A DNA stretch of 64,000 nucleotides from Coriobacteriia bacterium (GCA_038245725.1 JBBRSD010000006.1:41036-105035), one strand, 5' to 3'; positions 49,835 through 59,738 are shown, counted from the stretch's first letter. The notes: generated by a model not told the origin, from the sequence alone. Made by a program: numbers and translations.

Positions 49835-51388
49835 CTAGGCGGCTTCGTGAGCGAGGTGCTCCGCGACCCGGTCCTCCACAGCGTGGTGCGGCTCCTTGAC
49901 GGTGACCGCCATGATCGCCGCGACGACCAGAAGGCCAGCGGCCAGGTAGTACGCGTTGTTGAAGCTCGTCTTGCCAGAGAGGTCGTAGATCCAGCCGATC
50001 GCGTAGTTGCCAAGCGCGCCACCGACGCCCCAGGCTGAGAAGACGAGGCCGTAGTTCACGCCGCCGTTCTTCGTCCCGAAGAAATCGTAGGTCGCTGCCG
50101 GGAACAGCGTCAGGTTCGCGCCGTACATCGCGCCGATACCGACCGCCCAGAGGAGCAGCAGGTTGAGCGAGTGCGCGTTGGGGAGCAGGAAGCCAACGAG
50201 CGCGGCCTGTGCGAGGAACGCGATGATCATCGAGGGAACGCGGCCGATCTTGTCGGAGACGATACCGAAGACCGGACGGCCGAGACCGTTGCCGATGGCC
50301 AACGCGACGACGAGCAGGGAAGCGCCCGCGAGGAAGCCAGTGAGAGCCATCTTCGAGAAGTCCTCGGGTGACAGCTGCAGCGGGGCGACCTTCGCGATAA
50401 CGCCGATCATCATGAGGCCGGCGAAGGCTGCGAAGGCGTACATGGTCCACAGGAAGTAGAACTGCGGAGTCCTGACCATCTCCTGCCACGTGTAGTCCAC
50501 GCGCTTGAGGGCGACGGCGGCGGCAGCAGCTTTCGGCGGCTTGAAGCCGGCCGGCACGGGCGCTTCGTAGCCCGCGGGCGGGTTCTTGAGGAGCTGCGCA
50601 AAGAGAATGATCGAGATGAAGAACGCGATGCCCAGCGTGCGGAACGTGCCGCTCAGGCCGGAACCAGCGATGAGCGCCGTGGTGGTCGGAGCCGTGTAGA
50701 CCGACGCGAGGCCGAAGCCTGCGACCACGATGCCGGCGATGAGGCCGCGCTTGCTCGGGTGGAACCACTTGACCGCGGCTGGCGTGGCGCACGCATAGGC
50801 CAGCCCGATGCCCATGCCGGTGAGAACGCCGAAGCCGAGGGTGAGTGGCAGATGGTTACCCTTGGCGCTGAACTCCGAGAAGCTCGCGATGATCATGCCG
50901 ACGCCCACGAAGACGCCGCCGATCGAGGCGACGAGCCTGGGACCGTACTTGTCCTGGAGGCGGCCCGCAAAGACCATCGTGAAGCCGAAGAACAGGAGCG
51001 CGAGAGCGTAGGGCAGGAGCGCGTCGGTCCCCGCCCAGTTGTACGCACCCTCGGCGAATGCCTTGCCGCCGACTTTGGAGACCTTGTAGACGCCGGTCAG
51101 CTTGTCGAGCTGGCCGACGTAGTCAGCCGCGCCGTACGGCGGCTTGCCAGCGGCGACTGCCGGCACCTTGATGCCGAAAGCCGCGGCATCCGCGGCATGG
51201 ATCGCCGCAGCGCCCGCGAGCTTCTCGCCGGCTTTCTGCACCACGCCACCCGCTCCGAACGTGACAACGGTCGTGAACTTCGCGGTGAAGATGCTCCAGG
51301 TGTAGAGCACTCCAAGTGCGAGGTTGATGCACACACCTGCAAAGGTGACGATCCACCCCTGCGACGGCGATGCCGTCTTTTCTGCCAT
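49835..51388 (-). CDS. OFA-family (oxalate:formate antiporter-like) MFS transporter
   Basis: LGVLYTWSIF, GRLQDKYGPR, VKWFHPSKRGLIAG, GNGLGRPVFGIVSDKIGR, FFGTKNGGVNYG. ATG 51388 with AAGGAG RBS. Confidence 0.92.
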   Translation of the reverse strand: MAEKTASPSQGWIVTFAGVCINLALGVLYTWSIFTAKFTTVVTFGAGGVVQKAGEKLAGAAAIHAADAAAFGIKVPAVAAGKPPYGAADYVGQLDKLTGVYKVSKVGGKAFAEGAYNWAGTDALLPYALALLFFGFTMVFAGRLQDKYGPRLVASIGGVFVGVGMIIASFSEFSAKGNHLPLTLGFGVLTGMGIGLAYACATPAAVKWFHPSKRGLIAGIVVAGFGLASVYTAPTTTALIAGSGLSGTFRTLGIAFFISIILFAQLLKNPPAGYEAPVPAGFKPPKAAAAAVALKRVDYTWQEMVRTPQFYFLWTMYAFAAFAGLMMIGVIAKVAPLQLSPEDFSKMALTGFLAGASLLVVALAIGNGLGRPVFGIVSDKIGRVPSMIIAFLAQAALVGFLLPNAHSLNLLLLWAVGIGAMYGANLTLFPAATYDFFGTKNGGVNYGLVFSAWGVGGALGNYAIGWIYDLSGKTSFNNAYYLAAGLLVVAAIMAVTVKEPHHAVEDRVAEHLAHEAA

Positions 51389-51478
51389 TCCAACCACTCC
51401 TTCCCGGTCCCCCGGTGACCCCGGCCCGAACAATGCCGGACGGCCGGGCGATTCAACTTGGGAAAAGCATGGCGCGAC

Positions 51479-51563
51479 AAAGCCGAATACTCTCCGAACC
51501 CGTCGCAAGTGGGCTGAATCGTCGGTAGGTGGTACCGCACGGCCAGCGAACGGCAGATGCTGC
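51479..51563 (+). promoter_or_regulatory. Candidate compact c-di-AMP (ydaO-type) riboswitch
   Basis: GCCGAAT, GAACCC, TGGG.TGAATC, GGTAGG, CCGCAC, CAGC.AAC in ydaO order upstream of a kimA homolog; stems are short or imperfect. Confidence 0.4.
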
Positions 51564-51736
51564 ATACGGGCGGGATGTCTATGCGCACAGGGTCGGGGTT
51601 CGCGGGCTTCTCGGCCGGGGGGCTTCCCGCGGGTCGGTCATGACACTATCCTGTGCAGATGCAGTTGGTCAGGAGTGAGGGATGCATTCCTGCGCGCGCC
51701 TGAGGGCGCGAGTGTTCGTGAGGGGTCGTGCGCTGA

Positions 51737-53650
51737 ATGCCCAGTCGGGTAAAGAACATCTTCCTCGGTGATCCGCTTCACAACGAAGAGTCCAGGCACC
51801 AGCGACTCAGCAACGTCATCGCACTGGCGGTGTTCTCGAGCGACGCGATCTCGTCCGTCGCCTACGCCACAGGCGAGATCATCCTCGTCCTTTCGTTGGC
51901 GGGCGCAGCGTACCTGCATCTCGCGTGGCCGATCGCGCTCGCCATCGGCGCGCTGCTCGTCATCGTCGCGGCGTCGTACCGCCAGACAATCAGAGCGTAT
52001 CCGAACGGCGGCGGCTCCTACATCGTCGCGCGCGAGAACCTCGGCAACTTCGCCGGACTCGTAGCGGGAGCGTCGCTGCTGGTGGACTATGTGCTGACCG
52101 TGTCGGTATCGATCGCCTCAGGCACGGCAGCAATCACCTCGGCCTTCCCGAACATGCTCCGGTGGACCGTGCCGATGTGCCTTGTGTTCGTTGCGATACT
52201 CGCCCTGGGCAACCTTCGTGGAATCAAGGAGTCGGGCTCCTACTTCTCGATTCCAACGTATGCGTTCATCGTCCTGGCTGTGTCCATGGTTCTCTACGGA
52301 CTGTTCCTCTACATCACGAAAGGCGCCGCGGGCATCGCCGTAGCTTCGTCCACGGCAAAGATCGGCGGGTTGGGAACGCTGTCGGTCGTGCTGCTCATGC
52401 GCGCGTTCGCATCCGGGTGCACGGCAATGACCGGTGTCGAAGCGATCGCCAATGGTGTGCAATCCTTCCGTGAGCCGGCTGCCAAGAACGCCGCCAGGAC
52501 GCTCACCCGGATGGCCGGCATCCTGCTCTTCCTCTTCTTGGGAATCAGCTTCCTTGCCGTTCGTGCCGGCGTGCGCAATGTTGATACGGAGACCGTGATC
52601 AGCCAGATTTCTCGGCACTTCTTCGGCACCGGCTTCCTCTACTTTGCGATCTCGTTCGCGACGATGGCTATCCTCGTCGTTGCGGCCAACACGAGCTATG
52701 CGGGTTTCCCGCAGCTGTCCTCGTTCATGGCGAGCGACGACTTTCTGCCGCACCAGCTGAAGGACAAGGGCTACCGGCTCGTGCACAGCAACGGAATCCT
52801 CATTCTGACAGCGGCGGCATCGGTCCTCATCGTTGCGTTCCGAGGCCAGACGAGCGCGCTCATCCCGCTGTACGCGCTCGGGGTATTCATGTCCTTCACG
52901 TTGTCGCAGGCGGGGATGGTGCGGCACTGGTTCCGTTTCAAAGACGATCCTGGCTGGCGGGTCGCTGCGGCGGTCAACAGCGTAGGGGCCGTCGCGACTG
53001 GGCTCGTGTTCCTCATCATCGCTATCGCGAAGTTCAGCGAGGGTGCGTGGATCGTCCTGGTGCTCGTGCCGATCATGATCACGTACTTCTCTTGGGTGAA
53101 GGGGCGCTACGAGTCCGTGCACAGGGAGTTGGCGCTCCCCGCCGACGAACTCGTCGATCTCAACTGGCAGTCGTACAACCGGCTTCACAACCATGTCATC
53201 GTGCTCGTGAAGAGCATCGATCGCAGGCTCGTCCGAGCGCTTCAGTACGCCAAGACACTGCGGGCCGATTCGGTGGAGGCGATCTTCGTCGACGTGAGCA
53301 GTGAAGAAGGCGCCGCGTTCCGAAAGCAGTGGGAGGACGCAGGCCTCGGTATCAAGCTCACCGTTATCGGCTCGCCCTACCGCGAACTAATCCAGCCGGT
53401 GCTCGAATACGTGCGCGACTTCCCTCGGCCGACGAAGGACGACGTGGTGACGGTCATCGTCCCCGAATACGCGCCGATGAACACGGCGGACGCCATGCTG
53501 CACGACCAGACGTCGTTCTGGATCAAACAGCAGCTCTTCGGCGAGGAGGGCGTGATCATCGCAGACGTGCCGTACCACCCCAGTTTCGACGAAATCCGCG
53601 AGAAACGCGGTCGCGGGGGAGCGGTGCCGCCGGTAGCGCCGGTGGAGTAG
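51737..53650 (+). CDS. KimA-like APC-family potassium importer
   Basis: SSDAISSVAY, AYPNGGGSY, DYVLTV, GCTAMTGVEAI, IPLYALGVF; cytosolic domain SPYREL...VTVIVPE...LHDQT. Confidence 0.88.
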   Translation: MPSRVKNIFLGDPLHNEESRHQRLSNVIALAVFSSDAISSVAYATGEIILVLSLAGAAYLHLAWPIALAIGALLVIVAASYRQTIRAYPNGGGSYIVARENLGNFAGLVAGASLLVDYVLTVSVSIASGTAAITSAFPNMLRWTVPMCLVFVAILALGNLRGIKESGSYFSIPTYAFIVLAVSMVLYGLFLYITKGAAGIAVASSTAKIGGLGTLSVVLLMRAFASGCTAMTGVEAIANGVQSFREPAAKNAARTLTRMAGILLFLFLGISFLAVRAGVRNVDTETVISQISRHFFGTGFLYFAISFATMAILVVAANTSYAGFPQLSSFMASDDFLPHQLKDKGYRLVHSNGILILTAAASVLIVAFRGQTSALIPLYALGVFMSFTLSQAGMVRHWFRFKDDPGWRVAAAVNSVGAVATGLVFLIIAIAKFSEGAWIVLVLVPIMITYFSWVKGRYESVHRELALPADELVDLNWQSYNRLHNHVIVLVKSIDRRLVRALQYAKTLRADSVEAIFVDVSSEEGAAFRKQWEDAGLGIKLTVIGSPYRELIQPVLEYVRDFPRPTKDDVVTVIVPEYAPMNTADAMLHDQTSFWIKQQLFGEEGVIIADVPYHPSFDEIREKRGRGGAVPPVAPVE

Positions 53651-53654
53651 ACAC

Positions 53655-53682
53655 AAACGGGCGCCCCGCGGGGCGCCCGTTT
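53655..53682. terminator. Bidirectional terminator (perfect 28-bp palindrome)
   Basis: AAACGGGCGCCCCG|CGGGGCGCCCGTTT between the convergent kimA-like and trkA genes. Confidence 0.75.
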
Positions 53683-53708
53683 CATCCTCAGTGTCGTGCG
53701 AAAGGCAG

Positions 53709-54419
53709 CTACTCGTAGTGCGGGGCGCCAGCGGACGGCTCCGGCCGCGTCGCCGGGACAGCGATACCGAGGGCCTCGCGGATCTCGTTCTCGTTACCGC
53801 CGTCGGAGAACATGAGCAGCTCGTCACCAGCGGCAAGCACGGTGTCGCCCTTGGCGACCGACAGGCCGCTCTCGGCGCCGATGATCGCCATGACGTGCGA
53901 ATTCCCGGGCAGATGGATCTCTGCGAGCGTCTTGCCCACCGCCTCCGCGTACTCGGGCAGCGTGATCTCCTCGATCGAGACGTTGTCGGCCTGGAGCCTC
54001 AGCAGCGTCACGAGGTCGCCGAAGCCGACCTCCTTCTCGACGAGGGAGAGCATCATCGATGTCGAAGAGACCGGCACGTCCACGCCGAAGTCCTTGGTGA
54101 ACAGCCATTCGTTACCGGGGTGGTTGATGCGCGCGAACACCTTGCAGTTGCCGAAATGCTTCGCGAGCATCGCGACCACGAGGTTGTCCTCGTCGTCGCC
54201 TGTCACCGCGATCGTGAGATCCGCTTCGGCGATGCGCGCGTGCTCGAGCACCTCCGGCTCGCACGCGTCGCCGTGCACCACGGTGATGTCGGGCAGCATC
54301 GATTCAACCATCTCGGCGCGCTCGAACCGCGACTCGATCAGCGTGACGTCGTGCTCCTGACGAAGTTCCTGGGCGAGGAACAGTCCTGATTTGCCCGCTC
54401 CAACGATTACAACACGCAC
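53709..54419 (-). CDS. trkA: TrkA-family RCK potassium-uptake regulator (CeoC-like)
   Basis: VVIVGAGKSG, HGDACEP, VTGDDEDNLV; C-terminal RCK_C domain. Confidence 0.9.
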   Translation of the reverse strand: MRVVIVGAGKSGLFLAQELRQEHDVTLIESRFERAEMVESMLPDITVVHGDACEPEVLEHARIAEADLTIAVTGDDEDNLVVAMLAKHFGNCKVFARINHPGNEWLFTKDFGVDVPVSSTSMMLSLVEKEVGFGDLVTLLRLQADNVSIEEITLPEYAEAVGKTLAEIHLPGNSHVMAIIGAESGLSVAKGDTVLAAGDELLMFSDGGNENEIREALGIAVPATRPEPSAGAPHYE

Positions 54420-54428
54420 GGTGGCCTC

Positions 54429-55076
54429 CTACTTCCCGGCCAGGAGCTTGGGCAGCTCCGGGGCGTAGGCGCGGTCGACAGCAAGGTAGAGCCGATCGCC
54501 GATCCTCACTTCGTCGATGTCGGCGAGCAGCATCGCCTTCTCTCCACGCTCGACGGCGACGATGGAAAGCACTCGCGGCAGCTCGATATCGAGCACGCGC
54601 TTGCCGGCAAGCGCGGGGGTGACTTCGGTGTCGAGGATGACGACCTCGCCCTGGCCGAACGCGAACTCGCTTGGCGCGTCGGGATCGGTGAGCATCGCAA
54701 GCAGCCTTGAGCTGGACCACTGAACCGCCGAGACGGTCGGGATGCCGAACTGCTCATAGATGACCGCGCGCTTCGGGTCGAAGATGCGCGCGACGACGAG
54801 CGGGACGTTGAAGCGCTCGCGGGCCACGCGCGCGGCGATGATGTTGCTGTTGTCGCCGCTCGTGCACGCTGCGAACGCGTCTGCGCGCTCGATGCCGGCC
54901 TTGATGAGGGTGTCGCGATCGAAGACCTCACCGCTCAATCGGCGGCCATTGATGCTCTGGAACTCCTCGAAGACGTCAGGATCGCGGTCGATAACGGCGA
55001 CCGTGTGCCCCTGACGCTCGAGCTCGTGCGCGAGGTAGCGACCTACTCGGCCGTACCCCCCGATGACGACGTGCAT
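54429..55076 (-). CDS. trkA: TrkA-family RCK potassium-uptake regulator (CeoB-like)
   Basis: MHVVIGGYGRVG, TSGDNSNIIAARVARE, VARIFDPKRA; ATG 55076 with AAGGAG RBS. Confidence 0.9.
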   Translation of the reverse strand: MHVVIGGYGRVGRYLAHELERQGHTVAVIDRDPDVFEEFQSINGRRLSGEVFDRDTLIKAGIERADAFAACTSGDNSNIIAARVARERFNVPLVVARIFDPKRAVIYEQFGIPTVSAVQWSSSRLLAMLTDPDAPSEFAFGQGEVVILDTEVTPALAGKRVLDIELPRVLSIVAVERGEKAMLLADIDEVRIGDRLYLAVDRAYAPELPKLLAGK

Positions 55077-55269
55077 GCGTCCGCTCCTTATCCGGCACCC
55101 GGTGTGGCCCTTGGCCAGCCGCGTGACATCGCACAATCCTAGTACCCGATGCGAAAGACGTCACCACTAGAATCGCATCTCATGCGTGTCCGGCATGTTA
55201 CGCCCGCGCGCCCCGTCGTGCTCAGGTACTATCGGAGTGCCATCAGCACACACTCGCAGGAGCCACGTC

Positions 55270-55968
55270 ATGCGCATCCATGTCATTCAGCACGCACCGT
55301 TCGAAGGCCCCGGCCTCATCGCCGAATGGGCCGCCGAGCAAGGCCACGATCTCGACATCACCATGGCGATCACCGAGGAGTTCCCGTCGCCGGACGATCT
55401 AGACCTGCTCGTCGTGATGGGCGGTCCCATGGATGCCGACGGCGAGGACGCCTCGCCGTGGCTCGTGCCCGAGAAACACTTCATCGCGGCAGCCATCGCT
55501 GCGGGACGGCTCGTCCTGGGCGTCTGTCTCGGCTCGCAGATCATCGCCGAGGTGCTCGGCGGGCGCGTCAAGCGCGGCGAGCAGAGCGAGATCGGCTGGT
55601 ACCCGGTCAGGCTCACCGAGGACGGCGCCCGCGAGCCGCTCTTCGACCGCTGGCCTGATGAAGCCGTCGTCGGCCACTGGCACAGCGACACGTTCGATCT
55701 GCCCTTGGGGCTCGAACCGGCACTCTCGAGCGAAGTCACGCCGAACCAGGCGTTCGTCTTCGAGGAGCGCGTCGTGGGGCTCCAATTCCATCTCGAATGG
55801 GACGAGGAGACACTGCAGGCGCTCTTCGAGGCGTGTGCGGACGATCTCGACGAAGGCGGACCCACCACGATGTCGGAGGAGGAGTTCTCTGCCGAGATGG
55901 CCGAGCGTCTCCCCGTCTGCCGCGAGCTGCTGTTCGGCCTGCTCGACGACATGGCCGACCTCGGGTAA
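55270..55968 (+). CDS. Class I glutamine amidotransferase
   Basis: IQHAPFEGPG, MGGPM, LGVCLGSQ, GLQFHLE catalytic triad. Confidence 0.92.
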   Translation: MRIHVIQHAPFEGPGLIAEWAAEQGHDLDITMAITEEFPSPDDLDLLVVMGGPMDADGEDASPWLVPEKHFIAAAIAAGRLVLGVCLGSQIIAEVLGGRVKRGEQSEIGWYPVRLTEDGAREPLFDRWPDEAVVGHWHSDTFDLPLGLEPALSSEVTPNQAFVFEERVVGLQFHLEWDEETLQALFEACADDLDEGGPTTMSEEEFSAEMAERLPVCRELLFGLLDDMADLG

Positions 55969-55981
55969 GGATCGCACCTGC

Positions 55982-56932
55982 ATGGAGTGGAAACGCGAAC
56001 CGAAGACGTGGGCCGCAATCGCCACGACGCTCGTGCTCTGGGCGTCGGCGTTCGCTGGCATACGAGCGGGCATGCGCCTGGCCTCCGGCATCCCTGGTCC
56101 CGACGGCTACGGGCCGGGCGAGCTCGCGCTGCTGCGCTTCGCGACCGCATCGCTCGTGCTCGCGGGCTACGCGCTCGCGACCAGGATGCGCCTCCCCGAG
56201 CGCCGCGACCTGCCGAGAATCGCGGTCGCCGGGCTTCTCGGCATCACGATCTACCATCTCGGCCTCAACTTCGGGGAGGTGCGCGTGAGCGCCGGCGCGG
56301 CCGCGCTGCTCATTGCCGCCGGCCCGGTCTTTACCGCGATGATGTCGGCCGCGTTCCTGCGCGAGCGGCTCACAGCAGTGGGGTGGGGCGGCATCGGCGT
56401 CGCGTTCGCGGGAGTCGCGCTGATCTCATTCGGCGAAAGCGGCGGGCTGCGCTTCGAGCCGGCCTCGCTGCTCGTGCTGCTCGCGGCGGTGTCGACCGCG
56501 GGCTACTTCATCGTCTCGAAGCAGGGGCTGCGAATCTACTCGCCGCTCGAGTTCACGACCTACATCATCTGGGCCGGCACGATCCCGCTGCTCTTCTTCG
56601 CACCGGGCCTCGCACGCCAGCTCCCGCAGGCGGCTCCTTCGGCCACGCTCGCAATCGTCTACCTCGGCGTCTTCCCGGCCGCCATCGCCTACGTGCTGTG
56701 GAGCTACGCGCTCGCGCGCATGCCGGCCTCGATCCTCTCGGCGTTCCTGTACCTCTCGCCGGTGCTCGCGATGTTCATCGCGTGGCTGTGGATCGGCGAA
56801 GTTCCGGCCGTTTTGACACTTGTCGGGGGCCTGATCGCCGTTGGTGGCGTTGTTATTGTCCAGATGAAAGGCCAGCCCCGCTCGAGCGCCGGCGAACTCG
56901 CAGCCAACCCGATTGAGGCATCTGATGGCTAG
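55982..56932 (+). CDS. DMT/EamA-family transporter
   Basis: LWASAF, LLRF, two EamA repeats, FLYLSPVLAMFIAWLWIGE. Confidence 0.92.
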   Translation: MEWKREPKTWAAIATTLVLWASAFAGIRAGMRLASGIPGPDGYGPGELALLRFATASLVLAGYALATRMRLPERRDLPRIAVAGLLGITIYHLGLNFGEVRVSAGAAALLIAAGPVFTAMMSAAFLRERLTAVGWGGIGVAFAGVALISFGESGGLRFEPASLLVLLAAVSTAGYFIVSKQGLRIYSPLEFTTYIIWAGTIPLLFFAPGLARQLPQAAPSATLAIVYLGVFPAAIAYVLWSYALARMPASILSAFLYLSPVLAMFIAWLWIGEVPAVLTLVGGLIAVGGVVIVQMKGQPRSSAGELAANPIEASDG

Positions 56933-57428
56933 CCCGCGCGTCGAACGCATCGCTCGAGAAGACGGACCGGGAATCGCCCAGGTCCGCGATCTCTTCGCCG
57001 AGTACGCCGAGTGGCTCTCGCCTTTCCTCACCTCATCTACGATCGCCGATGAGCTCGAGTCGCTTCCGGCGCCCTTCGAAGCGCCCGGCGGACGCTTGCT
57101 CGTGGCTCGCGATTCCGACGGAATCATCTGTGGATGCGTGGGAGTGAAGCGCTACACCGACGGGAGCTGCGAGATCAAGCGGCTGTTCGTGAGGCCCGAC
57201 TGCCGAGGGACGGGGATCGGCTACGCGCTCTTCTCGGCGGCGCTCGATGCCGCATGCGACCTCGGCTACCGCGACGCGCTCGTGTCGACGATTCCGGCGT
57301 ACATGGACGAGGCGAACCGTATGTACGAGCGGCTGGGCTTCAAACCCACCGAGTGTTTCGAAGAGGTCACGCGAGCTGAAGCGGAGATCCGCTACCTGCG
57401 CTACGGGCTTTCGGAGTGGTGCGGGTAG
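56925..57428 (+). CDS. GNAT-family N-acetyltransferase
   Basis: CEIKRLFVRPDCRGTGIG, ANRMYERLGF. Confidence 0.9.
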   Translation: MASPRVERIAREDGPGIAQVRDLFAEYAEWLSPFLTSSTIADELESLPAPFEAPGGRLLVARDSDGIICGCVGVKRYTDGSCEIKRLFVRPDCRGTGIGYALFSAALDAACDLGYRDALVSTIPAYMDEANRMYERLGFKPTECFEEVTRAEAEIRYLRYGLSEWCG

Positions 57429-57444
57429 CTCAAACCGGCGCGGC

Positions 57445-57717
57445 TCATCCCCGGACCTCGAAACCGGCCAGGCCCTCTGGCTTCTCGGCGGTTTCGGCAA
57501 GTGACGTGACGACCGCGTGCTCCGGGCCGCGCCGCGCCCACGCGACCGCGCGCGCGACGAGTTCCTCCGGCCCCTCGAAGACAGCCTCGACGCCGCCGTG
57601 GGGCAGGTTGCGCACCCAGCCCGTGAGGCCGAGCGCCTCAGCCGTCTGCCGCGTGGAGTCGCGGAACCACACGCCCTGAACCCTGCCCTCGACGACCACT
57701 CGCGACCGGACGTTCAT
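57445..57717 (-). CDS. Acylphosphatase
   Basis: VEGRVQGVWFR, GWVRNLPHGGVEAVFEG. Confidence 0.95.
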   Translation of the reverse strand: MNVRSRVVVEGRVQGVWFRDSTRQTAEALGLTGWVRNLPHGGVEAVFEGPEELVARAVAWARRGPEHAVVTSLAETAEKPEGLAGFEVRG

Positions 57718-57781
57718 CGTACCTCTCCCCAAAACCGACTAGCGGGTATAACATTCGTATCCCCAGATGGAGGAGACGTTC

Positions 57782-58183
57782 GTGCCTATCGTGCGCATCG
57801 ACATCCAGTCCGGCAAGTCCACCGAGTACAAGCGCGCGGTTCTGCACGGCGTCCGCTCGGCGATCACGCTCGCGCTCGGCGCGCCCGACGAGCGCGTCAT
57901 GCTCCGCCTCGCCGAGACACCCGCCGAGGACATCGACGTCACGCCGGACCGCTCCGATTCGCTCGCGATCATCGAGATCTCGATGCTCCCCGGACGCGGG
58001 CCCGACCTCAAGTCGAAGCTGTACGAGGCGATTGTGAACAACCTGGCGGCAGCGCCTGGCATTCACGCGAAGGACATCATGGTGCTCGTCAACGATCCGT
58101 CAGTCGAGTGTTTCGCTCTCGGAGGAGTCATGCAGTGCACGCTCGCCGATCAGCCGGTGGCAGACGATGGCAACGAGGTCTGA
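57782..58183 (+). CDS. Tautomerase-superfamily protein (Pro-1)
   Basis: GTG start after GGAGGAG gives (M)PIVRIDI; two beta-alpha-beta units (GKSTEYK, GRGPDLKSKLY). Confidence 0.85.
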   Translation: MPIVRIDIQSGKSTEYKRAVLHGVRSAITLALGAPDERVMLRLAETPAEDIDVTPDRSDSLAIIEISMLPGRGPDLKSKLYEAIVNNLAAAPGIHAKDIMVLVNDPSVECFALGGVMQCTLADQPVADDGNEV

Positions 58184-58886
58184 GGTGGCGGGGGCCATGG
58201 CCCCGACTCAGCTCGCGCCGGAGCCGATGGGGACCACGAAGGCCCGCCCGTACACGCTCGGCGAGGAGATCGCCAACAGCGTCATCCACGGCCTTGGTGT
58301 GGTGCTCTCCATCTCGGCGCTCACGATGCTGCTCGTCTTCGCGGGCTGGGCTCACAACGGCTGGGCGATCGCGAGCGGCATCGTCTACGGCGTCTCGCTC
58401 GTGCTCGAATACACCGCCTCGACGCTGTACCACAGTTTTCCGCAGGCGAGGCTGAAGCACGTCTTCAAGATCCTCGACCACTGCGGGATCTACGTGCTGA
58501 TCGCCGGGTCGTACACGCCGTTTTGCCTCATAACGCTACGCGATAAGGGCGGGATCTGGCTGTTCGCCGTAGTGTGGTCGATCGCGGTCGCGGGCATCTC
58601 GACTGAGGCGTTCTGGGCGTACCGCCCGCGCTGGGTTTCGGCGACCGTCTACCTCGCAATGGGTTGGCTCGTCGTCTTCGCGATCAAGCCACTCGTCGCA
58701 TCGATCGCACCCGCGGGGCTGTGGCTGCTCGTAGCGGGCGGCTTGTGCTACACGGTGGGCACCGTGTTCTACGTGCTCAAGCGGGTCCGCTACATGCATG
58801 CGATCTGGCACGTCTGGGTTCTCGCGGGCAGCATCCTTCACTTCCTCGCAGTGCTGCTCTACATCATCATCCCGAGCGGCCGGTAG
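58167..58886 (+). CDS. Hemolysin III / PAQR family membrane protein
   Basis: EEIANSVIHG, STLYH, DHCGIYVLIAGSYTP, HAIWHVWV. Confidence 0.93.
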   Translation: MATRSEVAGAMAPTQLAPEPMGTTKARPYTLGEEIANSVIHGLGVVLSISALTMLLVFAGWAHNGWAIASGIVYGVSLVLEYTASTLYHSFPQARLKHVFKILDHCGIYVLIAGSYTPFCLITLRDKGGIWLFAVVWSIAVAGISTEAFWAYRPRWVSATVYLAMGWLVVFAIKPLVASIAPAGLWLLVAGGLCYTVGTVFYVLKRVRYMHAIWHVWVLAGSILHFLAVLLYIIIPSGR

Positions 58887-58892
58887 CGCCCG

Positions 58893-59651
58893 CTACTTCT
58901 TGCCCGGCAGAACGGCCTTGTTGTCGTAGCCGAGCTTCTCCCAGTAGCCGAGATAGGCCGCGTTGCTCGACACCTCGATCTCCTTGACCCATTTCGCCCA
59001 CTTGTATCCGTAGCGGTCCTCTGCGACAACCTGGAAGGGGTAGCCTCGCTCCGGGGGCATCGTCACCCCGTTCATCTTGTAGCCCAGGATGATGTTGCGA
59101 CTCATCACGTAGTCGAGCGGCAGGGACGATGTGTACCCGTCCACGCAATGGAAGATGAGCACCTTCGCCGAGGGGTCGGCTCCGCCGGCTTTGGCAAGCA
59201 GGTCCGTGAGCAGGACACCCTGCCAGAGATACGCGACCGACCAGCCCTCGACGCAGTGCAAGTCGACCTGCTTGGTCGCCGAGTGCATCGAGGTCACGTC
59301 GGCGTAACTCAGGGCTATAGGTGACTTCACGAGACCATCGATCTTGAGCCGGTAGGTTGCGATGTCGACGTGCTGCGGTCCCTTGATCGAGTTGTCCGGC
59401 TCCGATGCGACCGGCGAGAGCTTCTTGCCCTTGTAGTCGCGAATCTCGACCTTGCCGTAGTCGGTGTTCGAGCCGATGGCGAGACGACCACCACCCAGGT
59501 TGATGCCGCCCTTCGGCGAGCGGCCGCATCCCGACATCGCGAACATCGCCAAGACGGCGGCCGCAGTCACGGCAACGGCGAGCGCAAGCAAGGCAACCCG
59601 TCGCGCGTCTCGATTATGGGCCGAGGTCACCCCGGAACGATTCCACAACAT
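58893..59651 (-). CDS. Molybdopterin-dependent oxidoreductase (sulfite oxidase/MsrP-like), probable lipoprotein
   Basis: YRLKIDGLV, DLHCVEGWS (Mo-ligating Cys), DGYTSSLPL, ERGYPFQVV..RYGYKWAKWV; signal with RR and AMSGC lipobox. Confidence 0.88.
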   Translation of the reverse strand: MLWNRSGVTSAHNRDARRVALLALAVAVTAAAVLAMFAMSGCGRSPKGGINLGGGRLAIGSNTDYGKVEIRDYKGKKLSPVASEPDNSIKGPQHVDIATYRLKIDGLVKSPIALSYADVTSMHSATKQVDLHCVEGWSVAYLWQGVLLTDLLAKAGGADPSAKVLIFHCVDGYTSSLPLDYVMSRNIILGYKMNGVTMPPERGYPFQVVAEDRYGYKWAKWVKEIEVSSNAAYLGYWEKLGYDNKAVLPGKK

Positions 59652-59738
59652 CGGTTGCTCCTCTCGTTTGCGCGCGGCGTCTGCCGGCGTAGGGTATCTT
59701 CCCCTCGGCTCGACTCAGCGACATGGAGGACAAGCAAC

